From Octopus bimaculoides (taxonomy: Eukaryota): a DNA stretch of 61,950 nt. The position numbers were made by a program, and so were the translations under genes. Each line of letters opens with the position of its first letter. Position 1 is the stretch's first letter. The notes under the pieces are model-generated. The model ran no database searches. It saw nothing but the letters and a program-made list of their open reading frames with translations, and was not told the DNA's origin. The DNA lies in the NCBI RefSeq assembly GCF_001194135.2, contig NC_068981.1, forward strand, positions 39,482,842-39,544,791, given 5' to 3'. Positions 50,701-61,950 of the stretch are shown here, one piece after another.

Positions 50701-53700
50701 TTTTTGTACTTTTATTTTCAAAATTATGATAAAGTTCTTAGTAAGAACTAATACTAATTTCTTATTACTAAGAGAACTTTTGAGTTAAGTCATAGTTGTA
50801 GTAACAGTCGTAGCTGTAGCAATCTCAAAAGTAAAAGCAGAGAATATGTCAATTCTAGGATTCTCACCTACTATATAACTGCTAGACTAACCGCCTGCAA
50901 TAAATACCTCATTCTAAAGATAAAGTGAAGTTCAAGAAATGTCAATAAATTTTAGGAGTTTTACCGTTTCCAACTCAACATACTGGACTAGTAAGAAAGC
51001 AAGACATTTTCTAAATAAAAGAGACACTTAGGCATTGGGGAATTCCTAATATTGCATGATTAAGCAAAAGTTTGCTTCCTATTTATATACATGGGAAACA
51101 GACTTTTGTTATTACTGTGGCTTACTTATATATAAGCGTATGCGTGTGTGTTGTGTGATTGTATGTGCATATATGTGTGTGAGCATGTGTGAACATGACT
51201 GCGCTTATCCCACCAGAAGTGACGGAAAAGCCGAGGTAGTAGGTGATACCAATTTAGTAAACACATACACACACACGCACATGCACGCGCGCGCATCGTG
51301 TCTCGAAGATTCTTCAAACTGTTTGCATTTATTTTCTTCCAAGATTTTGTCACCAACTATTAAAGTATGGTGATGTATTGAGCGATTGAAAGAGAAGAGA
51401 GAACATGTTTATCTGTAACGAAATACAACTGATTTTAAGGGAAACAAGACAATGACTTATTTGCCTAATTCCTACTTCAAAAACATTTTACAAATGGGCA
51501 AATATTCTGCTCTATGGAAACCCATGGTATTTGTTTGAATATCGATTTCATGTAAATGTGAACGTTTCTCCTGCTTTCCGTACTTTTACTGATATAGTTC
51601 AAGTGACAGTTATATTTCTATTCCACATTCATAGTATACTCGGAAAATATATATTAAAAAAACGTCTAAATTAGACGGAAGCCTTTTCTTTATCTATATC
51701 TCACTTTAGATTTTGATCTTGCTTTGCTAACAATAAATCTACTTATCTATGCTTTATTTCTTTTTACCACTTCCTTCTTCGTAATCACCCCACACCAAAA
51801 CAATAATAATTTCCTTTCACACTTATTGTAATTTATGTGCTGTCAGGTACATTTTTATATTAAATTAAAACACCGTCAGCTACATCCTTTTTGGCGTTTA
51901 TGCTATTTCTGTTAAATGAACATAAAATATATTACTGACTTAGTCTGCTATGAAGAAAGTATATGTGACTCATGTTCCTATCGTATTTCCACTTAAGATT
52001 CCACCAAAATTAGAAAATATCTCTCTACAACAAAATTAGGTTAAATACTACACATGAAATACATAGAAGAAATGTGTCTTATGCTTCCTAAAATAGTATT
52101 AATTTACAAACATTGCGTTATTTGTAGAAATTATACAAAACACACACACAGAGGATGTATGTATGTGTATATATATATATATNNNNNNNNNNNNNNNNNN
52201 NNNNNNNNNNNNNNNNNNNNNNNNNNNNNNNNNNNNNNNNNNNNNNNNNNNNNNNNNNNNNNNNNNNNNNNNNNNNNNNNNNNNNNNNNTATATATATAA
52301 GTTCAAGACCGTAGGCTCGAAACGTAAAAGACTTATATATATATCATATATATATTATATATATATTATATATACATATGTAGTCACTACTTTTATGTTC
52401 GTCAATTGCAACATATGTTTCTTAATTTCTCAGCAAGTTCGACATCAAATGACTAGAAATGGTGGTGGAGTACCTTCGAATATCAGATAACAGCATAAGA
52501 GCTCTGATATCAACCTTTCTAACTTGCAAGAAGGTCTGTTACGTGTTTATGTTGAACATGATCGTTAAAATGGTAGGAAATAAATTACTTCCATTGACAT
52601 ACATTTCTCGCTAAAAATTGATTTAGACTTCGAAAACCTAAAGCAATATCAAAAACGAGCATGCTGACGACACATGAAGGAGACGTGTTGAACAACCCTG
52701 AAAGGCTTTGCATGGCGAATATTTCTTTAAGGTGGTTACCCCATATATATATTTGAAAACTAACTTTGGCCTATAAAAACAAATCCGTCCTACATATGGC
52801 CAAGAAGCATGAAACAAGAGCATGAAACAGCCTTAATATTTATTGAAATATCCCCAACTTCTAAAATACGGATAACAAATGTCACCAACGTGCAGTACTT
52901 TCACAAAACATATTAGATCGTATTAATATATCCTACAATATTTCAGACAAAATGAACTTTGAGATACAATAACTCTGCTTGAAATTTGTAGATAAAAATT
53001 TGAAGCACCCATTTCAGCTGTTTTAAATAAGAGTTATATGGTACTCATATGAATCTCGACAGGTCACTAGAAAATTGTTGGTTATTTCAAGAGAAATCTT
53101 TTTATTGCTATCGGCCCGCATCTCGCAGATCCTTATAAGTGTTTGAAGTGAATGTGTTTTGAGTGGACAATTCTGTGTTGTACGGTTCTTGGTGTTGTCG
53201 TTACTCCTTGTGATGCTCCTTGTTTTAAGCCGGCTGTAACAGAGAGAGGGGTCTCTTGATTCGTGGCAATGAGAATGGTAGAATCTTATTTGTTACCTAT
53301 GACATTTGCTTGGTGGTACCTTACAACTGACTAGCTCCCGTGATATGTTCTTTTTGACGCTTTTGTTCTTTACGATTTTTTGGTAGAAATGAGAACTGAA
53401 ACTGAAATATTTAAAAAATTGATCTTGCTGTCTTGTCTTAGTAGGTCGTACACCTTCCAAAATTTTCAATAAAGGGCCTTAATAGAAATATAGGGAAAAT
53501 GAAAATTACTTCTTTCAGTCACACTTGTAAAATATCAAGATGTATTGCTCTTTTTACTTTTTTACTCTTTTACACATTTCCTCCATGCTCCATGCATATC
53601 ACAGCTGAATCAGCTGCGATATGCTAAATAGCAACAACAACAATAATAGATGAAGATATGATGATTTCTTTTATCGATCTCAAAAGCCCAAGATTTTGGG

Positions 53701-54053
53701 AGCAGTTAAAAGGCAGAATGAAGAAATGCTATAGCTACAGAATTTATCCTAAACAGGTAATAATCCACTGTAGTGTTTCCAGACAAATCATCTTTTAAAA
53801 TTGTCTATAATATTTAAGTTCTCTGCAAGGGCTACGCAGACAGTTAGTGTCGATACCCAGAATCGATCCCAAACCACTGAGCATTTATCCTCCATTTACC
53901 ATGACAGAATTCAATTTTGAATTTCCTCAGGCCACATAGACCTTTATCAATATTTCTGAAACCATTTTTAACGTATACAATAATTCCTCAACTATCTCAG
54001 GTGTTACCTACTAAAAAAAACCGCGAAGCAGAAACAGTACTGTATTGTATATT

Positions 54054-54070
54054 TATTATTATTATTATTA

Positions 54071-54134
<64 letters not shown>
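54054..54134. repeat. (ATT)n microsatellite
   Basis: Directly visible. Confidence 0.95.
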
Positions 54135-54135
<1 letters not shown>

Positions 54136-54189
54136 TTATTATAAATGCAAAACAACACTACGGAGGAATCGGCGTAAGGTTAAATGATA

Positions 54190-54229
54190 AACCGCGATAG
54201 GTGAACCGCGATATGGCGAAAGATTACTG
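54190..54229. mobile_element. Solo pogo/Tigger-type TIR
   Basis: aaccgcgataggtgaaccgcgatatggcgaaagattactg followed by TA (CAGT.. terminus on the minus strand); no partner seen. Confidence 0.5.
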
Positions 54230-55338
54230 TAAATCGCTTTGATTCTTATTTTACTCTACTGGTCCCCAATAGTCATTCAATGTTTCAAAAAATCCCGTTA
54301 TATTTCTATAACAAAACATTAAGAATTGTATAAGAAGAATTGTTATAATATTTTGTGTTGTAGAAGTATAACCGATTTACTGCACGTAAATTTTAACGAC
54401 AAAATCTTATATGGGCTTCCAAGTGTGATGCTGACTCCGGCTGAAATCCAATGGTCAAGCTGAAAAAATGTAATGCAAGAATTCTAAACTTTCACTTCAT
54501 ATGATCTTTGATAAGATTTTCAATTTACACAAAAATGAAAGTAAACTACACCTAGAACGCTTATTGTCCGTAATTATCAGGAATTTTATGAGTAGCACAC
54601 GTTTATCGTGTGAAATGAAAGTTTCACTGTGTCTGAATACTCACTATGCCATACATTATTATGCATGTTTTAAAATGTTGTTTAATGTCAGCATTTTATT
54701 TTAAAGTATCCAATTTTGGATTAGGGTTTGTTATATCATGAATATTGAATGAACGAATTCTCTTCAATCCTCTGTATTAAGCTGCTTTCAACTCTTTATT
54801 GTATAGACAGCACAATACTAAACATAAAGCACGGTAATTATAACGGCGTGATTATATTGAAAGAAAACCCATGCTTATGCAATTGTCTGCTCTTTGCTTG
54901 TTAATTTGTTCCCAACTTTGTTTGTATCAGTTATGTCTTTTGACAGGGCTATTATGCTTTAGCATAAAAGTAGCTGCTTTCCATTTAAGTTTGTAAGGCA
55001 ATTTAAATTTCGTATGAGAAGCGGTTACAGAAGGTCCCTGTTGAACAGAGTATTATTAAAGAGTTTTATTGAGAAAAATTCGTGAACGTAAAAATATTGT
55101 AATAAATGAATTTTAAAGGCAGAAAAGCAAGTCTCTATAAAATTATATTTTAATGTTCCATAAAGTTTATCCAACTCTCTTTGCAGCAAACGGGTTACTG
55201 TGCTTAATAGGGCGAATGCAAATTTTGTGACGTTTCTTTTCTGTGTATATGTGTGTGCGTAAATTACATAAAACAAAATTCAGTAGTTTTAATTTCTAAA
55301 TATTTCTTAGTGTGCTTATGTTTGTGTGCTAGTGTATG

Positions 55339-55460
<122 letters not shown>

Positions 55461-55697
55461 GGTAAACTAATGTCGTAGATTTTCGTTAAATACTTGAGGT
55501 GATTACCTGAGTAGCTCATGAATAGAATTACTGGTTCTGTAATAAGAGACTGTGAAAAATACATGAATTTATACTTTGACCATTTATTAAGTATTCCAAG
55601 CCTTGGACGGCGGGTGACATATATGTATATGTACATAATCATACATATATGTATATACATGTGTGTGTGTGTTTGTGTGTGTTTCAGTGTATGTATG

Positions 55698-55743
<46 letters not shown>

Positions 55744-55804
55744 TGTATATGATTATGTAGGTATACATGTTATATATATGTATATATGTGTACATTTTAC
55801 ATTA

Positions 55805-57390
55805 GTTCGTCGGTCGTTTCCAATGATCACCCCGGCTGTGGCCGATCAGTCTTCTGCGTACTCGAGAGGTTGTGCCGAAGGTCGGGCACTGGTGGTCTAC
55901 TGCGACTGAAAGCAAGAAATTTGTTCTAGACTTGCTAAGTCCACGTTTTCTTTATGCCCACTGAAGTCATTTTTTGTTCGTAGGAGGTAGCACCTTTGAT
56001 GGTGCAGTTTCGTCAGGCAGGGCGGTCTAGTACTTACATTTCCCAAGTGTCGAGGTCGACCTCAAAGCTCTTCAGTGAGGCTTTGAGTGTATTCTTGAAG
56101 CGCTTCTTCATTCTATCTTATATGAGTTTGCCTTCCGTCAGTTCGCTGTAAAACAGCCTCTTGTGGAGTCGCATATCAGACATTCGAACACGGTGACCTG
56201 CCCACCTAACTCACGCTCTCCTTAGCAGTGTGTCAATGCTTGACAGATCAACTAGAGAGAGGACCTCCGTGTCTGGGACTTTGTCTTTTAAGATTATTTC
56301 CACCAGCTTTCTTTGGCAGATCATGAAGAAGCCGTTTATCTTTTTGGTGTGAAGTTCGTAAACCGTCCGAATCACGCGGGCGTACAGTAGTGTAGGCGGT
56401 ATAACTGCTCCTTTCGTATTCAACGTGGTGATGAGCCTAACGCCTCTCCCCTCCCACACTGATTCACGTAGCCTTTCAAATGCTGAACTTTCTTTGACGA
56501 TGAGCGTGTCGTCATCAGCATCAATGTTCACATTTCTGGAGAGCGTGCATTCGAGGTATGTGAATTTATCAACAACCTTCAGAGTCTTACTGTCGACAGA
56601 TAATCGGTCCCACATACGGCTTCTGCGGGACAGGCTGGTGCATAACTTCTGTCTTCTGGGTAGTGACTGTGAAGCCAAAGTTGTTGCAGGTGGTGGAAAA
56701 GTAGTTCCTGTTCTGCTGCATCTGGACCTCCGTGATGGTGTTGAATGCCCCGTCGTCTGTGAACAGGAAGTCGCACGCTAAGTCTTCTTCCACCTTGGTC
56801 TTGATTTGTGGCTTCTGCAGATTGAAGAGTTTGCTATCAGTCCTGAATCTGATTTTGATTCTGGTTTCATCGTCGTTGTGGAAGGCGTCCGAAAGTATGG
56901 CCGAGAAGATCATGCTGAACAACACAGGTGCGAACACACAGTCCTGTTTCACTGCATTAGTGATTGGGAATGCGTCAGAAGAATCTCCACTGGCCAGCAG
57001 TCGAGCGAGCATGCCGTCGTGAAACTGATGCACCATACGGAAGAATTTTTTCCGGGCAGCTGAAATTTCCCATGATCTTCCAAAGCCACTCACGACTGAC
57101 GGTTTCAAAGGCCTTGATTAAGTCTACAAACGTCCTGTATAGATCCCTGTTCTGTTCCTGTCACTTCTCCTGAAGTTGGCGTGCAAGAAAAAATCATGCC
57201 CAACAGCCTTCTTCGAAGCTTTGCTGTCTCTTGCAGATATCTGTCTTCTATGTGCTGAGCGAGGTGGTTATAGAGTATCTTGTCTGTGATGACAAGCAGA
57301 GAAATTCCTCGGTGGTTGTCACAGGACTGCCTGTTTTTCTTTCTGCTGGAGGTTCAGTCAGAGAACTGTTTTACCGATTTGGCACCCGCA
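55805..57390 (-). mobile_element. 5'-truncated RTE-clade LINE (BovB-like RT and 3' end)
   Basis: ORF 56587-57108 (FFRMVHQFHDGMLAR..FPITNAVKQDCVFAPVLFS..DFLFTDD..FGFTVTTQKTEVMHQP) and 56211-56678 (VDKFTYLECTLS, PPTLLY), then RWAGHRVRMSD and GKLI. Confidence 0.9.
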
Positions 57391-58586
57391 TTCATGCAAC
57401 CCTTTCTCGCCGAAGATTAAAAAGGGACCAGATAATACTTCGCTTATACGTGTCTAGGTCTTATATTTGTTAGTCACAGTTTTCTAACTACAATGATTTC
57501 ACTCGTATACTTCGCTTCTGTATTTTCCCACTACATTTTTTTAACCATGATTCTCCCTTCGCTGACATTCACACGTCAACCAGCATATATATTATCTTAA
57601 TGTCTATTGCATAGTGATATTAATAGTATCTATGTCACTTTTTGCTAATACTGATATTAATAGCAGCAATATTACCGCCATCAATAAAATTATGGTATTT
57701 ATTTACACGACTAATCATTACGTTTTAATTGATCGTAGTGCTATCCATGAATACAGAGAGTGAGGCGAAAATATAAATGATCATGAAATGGATTTATTTT
57801 AATGGATTTTATTTTAAATTTTGTTGAATCTTTTATTTATTTTCACAAATATGCGTTATTTTCCTCAACTCCTGGCAATAAAGTGTAACATTTGCAGTGA
57901 AATGTATTTAGGCTTTCAATATTTGAATTTTACTTAACAGAAACCTGGCTTGCCTAGAGCAATGAAAAAAGTCATGAATTATTCTAAAAGTAACTTGAAT
58001 TTGAGCTGTAAAAGAAATTTCACATTTCCATACAAATATATTCTGACAAAGAATATATATTATTAAAGAGTTTCTGATAATGCATAATCGGGAAGCAGAA
58101 TGAATAATTTTGAGTGCCAGAAGGGTCGAAAACACTCCGGAAATATACTATAAAATACATTTTATAATACTTCGTCAATGCGACGCTGTTGCATCATATC
58201 AGTATTCAACAGTATGATGATAATTATAAATCAAATACTACATTATGAAATCTATATATTCAAAACTATCCCTATCAGGTTCATAAGCTGTTAAACAAAT
58301 CCTTTTGCTTGCTTTAGTCACTGGACGGCAGCCATGCTTGGGCACCGCATTGGCTGCTAAGTGGTTGAGACACAAATATAATAAAGGTCTCCACCCCTCA
58401 TATATATGCTTCATATTCGTCTTATAATGGCAATATGAACATGCTAAGTATAATTATTTACAAACTGAATGACAAAATTATATCTAATCCTAGAATTAAT
58501 TCTTTCGAGAACAAGAAATGACCTAAGAACCTAATCACCGTAAAACACAAAAACAAAAGAAAAACAAAGAATACCAAACCAAATCC

Positions 58587-58706
58587 TTTCTTATTATAGG
58601 CACAAGGCCTGAAATTTGGGGCGAGTTTGAACACAGAACGTAAAGCGGTCAGAAATGCCCTTAAGCAGTTTGACCGGTGTGTTAACGATTCAGCCAGCAC
58701 GCCACC
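58587..58706 (-). mobile_element. SINE family B with central deletion
   Basis: Both ends match 33008-33219; roughly 85 bp of the middle is missing. Confidence 0.72.
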
Positions 58707-59177
58707 AAACCAAATCAATGGATAATAGCGGCCGGTAGAGTCATAGCAAGTGTACGAAATACTATTTAAAACAACCGAGAAATTTCCCGCATCAGTGTTT
58801 AACGAACATCATCGTGATTTCAACACCAAAGCAGGATCATTTCTTCTGTTGATGTCAAGCAGACTGGGAAAACAATCAAACGTTGTTAGAGAAAATACAA
58901 ATAAAAAAGTCTGTACTTGGACCGCGAATTAGGAACATGCATATCAACACATACGACGGAAATTAAAATATACAAATAAAAACATATAACTAGCTAATAC
59001 ATACAAACACACGCCCGCACATAAGTATATATTAGGAATAAACTGTTTATTAATAACTATAACAATAAAAAAATGCAACTCGATTCGGAAAATGACGTAT
59101 AATGAGGCTACACCATCAGCATAAGTCATTGATATCATTATCATCAAAAACCATTATTTTCGCCTTCTTTCTTCCAG

Positions 59178-59308
59178 GGCTTGGGTGTGAAAAGTATGCT
59201 ACCCCTGACAGGAAATCGCAGAGGCAAATGAAGGCGCAATACAGACGTGAAGATTATTATCCAATGACAAAAGGAAAGACAAGAGACTATTTGGATAATG
59301 CTTCCTAA
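59178..59308 (+). CDS. Candidate terminal coding exon
   Basis: Strong acceptor ttattttcgccttctttcttccag; phase 1; LGCEKYATPDRKSQRQMKAQYRREDYYPMTKGKTRDYLDNAS*; AATAAA at 59333. Confidence 0.35.
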
Positions 59309-60334
59309 GTAACCCAAGCAAACAATCTAATCAATAAATCCATCTTCTTAAGATTAACGCACGAGCAATAAAATGTCAAAATAAGCTTCAAGTTTGCAAC
59401 TCAATTGTAAGTTTCAAATAACACCGAATTTACTCAAAATATCACTGTAAAGCTGAAGTACAATTAAATTGCCAAATTAAATTTTTAGCTTTCAAGCCTT
59501 GTTTAATTACACACCTAAAATATTATTAGTAACCTCAAATAGTAATTCCTAACCATTAGTTGTTTTCCCAAACCTTATTTCTTGTGCTGTAAACACGTTA
59601 TAATGTAGCCTGCTAAGCGGGCAACTTTCAGCGTAAGGAGTCACTACCACTTGGAATTTAAATTCACAAGCGTTACTATGCAAATTAACAACTAATAGAT
59701 TTGTTACAAATCTTAACTGAATTAATCTTATTAACATTATTATCACACCCGATAGCCTCCAAATTCCTAAAGTAAATTCCAGATAATATAATTCGAAAGA
59801 AACAATGACTTGGAATGAAAATATCTTCTATATATCTATAACAGCTACGAAGCTGTCAAACAAGACCTACTTTCTTTCTTTTTCGTAAATCCCTAAGAAA
59901 GTTTAATTGACAAAATGTTATGTATAACTCAGCCAACAAAGGATAAAAATTACTCCCACGAGAATGCTTCTAACGCGTCCTGAGTACTTTACTCAAATAA
60001 AACGTATACATTATCTAAAGCTTAACTCTTTTAACTTATTTTTTATACAAGTAAACTCAGAGTACCATGTATCAGATATAAAACCTTCTCCATTCTTCAT
60101 CGAAATATATTCATATTTGCCGCCATACACTGAATCTATTCATTTAAACATTTCCCTTCTATCATTATTAAGCCTAAATAAGTAGAGTAGAAGGATCAAA
60201 TGCATACATCGTCTAAATTACCTTCATATCCCTAAATTTATCCAAAAATTTAATGCAAGACCTAATGCTCTGTAATAAACTTACCCATGTACAACGGACT
60301 TCAACACAGTTTGAATCTAACAAATTAACTAACA

Positions 60335-60420
60335 AGGTATTGATCGACCCTGAGCTCTACTAGAAGGCGCTTGCCCAAAGTGCCGTCAAAGGAGTGAATC
60401 TGAAACCACATTGTCGCAAA
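60335..60420 (-). mobile_element. Degenerate SINE A head fragment
   Basis: cttgcccaaagtgcc...gaaaccacat resembles 34895-34940. Confidence 0.45.
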
Positions 60421-61543
60421 ATTAACTTAGAGCGTCAAATAGCACATGTACTTTCTTAATGTGTATTACACAGAGATATCATTAACAGTAATGCCACTTT
60501 TCAACAACATTGATATTAATAGCGTAATATTCATTACTATGCTCATTTGAAACCTCGATGAAACTGTTTTCTATCGTTTTAATAAACCCTTATACAAAAT
60601 ACAAATACAAAAGAAATTAACATTTCAATGGGGAATCGTAGTATCAATCATGATACACTTTCAGCAATACTTAAGAAATGCTAATTAGAGCTGATGCTGT
60701 CCAAAATAAACTTAGAGGCAGAGGATAACACAACAAATAAAAACTTATGCAACTGTTTGCAAGGAATAAGCGATTAAGAGAGTGTAATCGTATGTGTTTG
60801 ATAGAGAGATGATATGACCATTTTCAGCGAGATACATATATTATTTTCTGGAGGCATGTGTTTATATTAACTCGTTATTAAAAAAATGGTTTGATTCGAT
60901 TGCAGAATAGAGTCTAAAATATTTTAAGAGGGAATTATGAAGAGAAAGAGAAATGGAGGGGACAAAAATAAGTGGCACACCGAGCCAACAAGGAAGCCTC
61001 TTTAGAGTCACTCGAAGTGCTAGGAATAGTAGTCAACTTTGCCTCATATTATACTGTACTAACTAGAAAACGAACGGCACATTGAATGATGTAGTACAAG
61101 ATACAGTATGTCTATAACAACAGTACAAAGAATGTGAAATATGGTAGAGACCCGTAACAAACGTATAAGGAGAATGATAATCTGTCTTATATTAAATACG
61201 CATAAGAGTATAATAAGCATAATCTACAGAAAAAAAGAAACATATATATATCCAAAGAAACACACATGACCTTGTATATCTGCAGATTACAATGTTAAAT
61301 ATAAAAATACAATCTTTGGGATTAAGAAAAAAATCAGGAATATTTATTTTTTAATATTAAAATAAGCTGTAACCATCGTCGTATTAGACTGAAATATCGA
61401 TATGTTGTTTGTAAGCTTGTATTAAACTCAGCTTTTCTATCAAGCTTTTCTGTTATCTGTATACAGACGTACGTGTAGACACGCACCTGACAGGCACACA
61501 TACGTGCAGATATATATATACATGTATACTTACGTACATACAT

Positions 61544-61576
<33 letters not shown>

Positions 61577-61860
61577 GCATATATATATATATATGTATAT
61601 ATTGCATTTATAGGATCTTTTTTAAAACGGGGGCCACATTTTTCATTAATGAAACACTTTGAAACTTGGAACACTGGTAGAATGTGTCATATAAAACATC
61701 TTTTTCTCTTAGTCTTCTTAAAAAAAAAAAGAAATCCCTAAGTTATTCCATGTTAAAGTTGTATTTCTGTAATTTCAACCAATCACTGACGTCCAATCAG
61801 CCGATATACATTAAGTGCCGACTACATAAACAAACGATTCTGAAACAATTCTATCGGTGA

Positions 61861-61890
61861 TAGGGTTAGGGTTAGGGTTAGGGTTAGGGT
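61861..61890 (+). repeat. Interstitial telomere-type repeat, 5 x TAGGGT
   Basis: tagggttagggttagggttagggttagggt with non-telomeric sequence on both sides. Confidence 0.9.
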
Positions 61891-61950
61891 AAAACAGCAA
61901 ATTTAAAAAGAAAAAAGCAAATAAAACGAAGAAAAAAAAGAAAATGAAAA

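Noticed and set aside
53030-53390. Two minus-strand exon-like frames separated by a 63-nt intron-like segment
   Set aside because: A/C-rich strand is open by composition; no recognisable motif and no clear downstream donor.
61861-61890. True telomere
   Set aside because: Only 30 bp, and ordinary sequence continues downstream.

Overview
AT-rich, microsatellite-dense eukaryotic genomic DNA with seven N-gaps. The SINE families and transposon types point to an octopod cephalopod (Octopus-like); this is inferred from my recognition of the repeats, not from a database search. No host gene can be named. Most identifiable sequence is decayed mobile DNA: four Tc1/mariner elements of different catalytic classes (DD36E with both TIRs, mariner/DD34D-type, Tc3-like DD34E, DD37D maT-like), a mariner derivative made of two inverted 5' ends, MITEs, a Penelope GIY-YIG remnant, three R4/Dong-clade RLE retrotransposon fragments, a Tx1/L1-like ORF1, RTE-BovB-like and RTEX-like RT fragments, and many tRNA-derived SINEs. 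A few short open frames bounded by AG..GT on both strands may be exons of long-intron genes (low confidence). The most interesting observations are: two R4-like copies abutting (ATAC)n on their sense strand (possible microsatellite targeting), the DD36E element, and at least six fold-back structures with arms of about 55-350 bp, including a modular nested-palindrome family. There is no prokaryotic system or CRISPR array.
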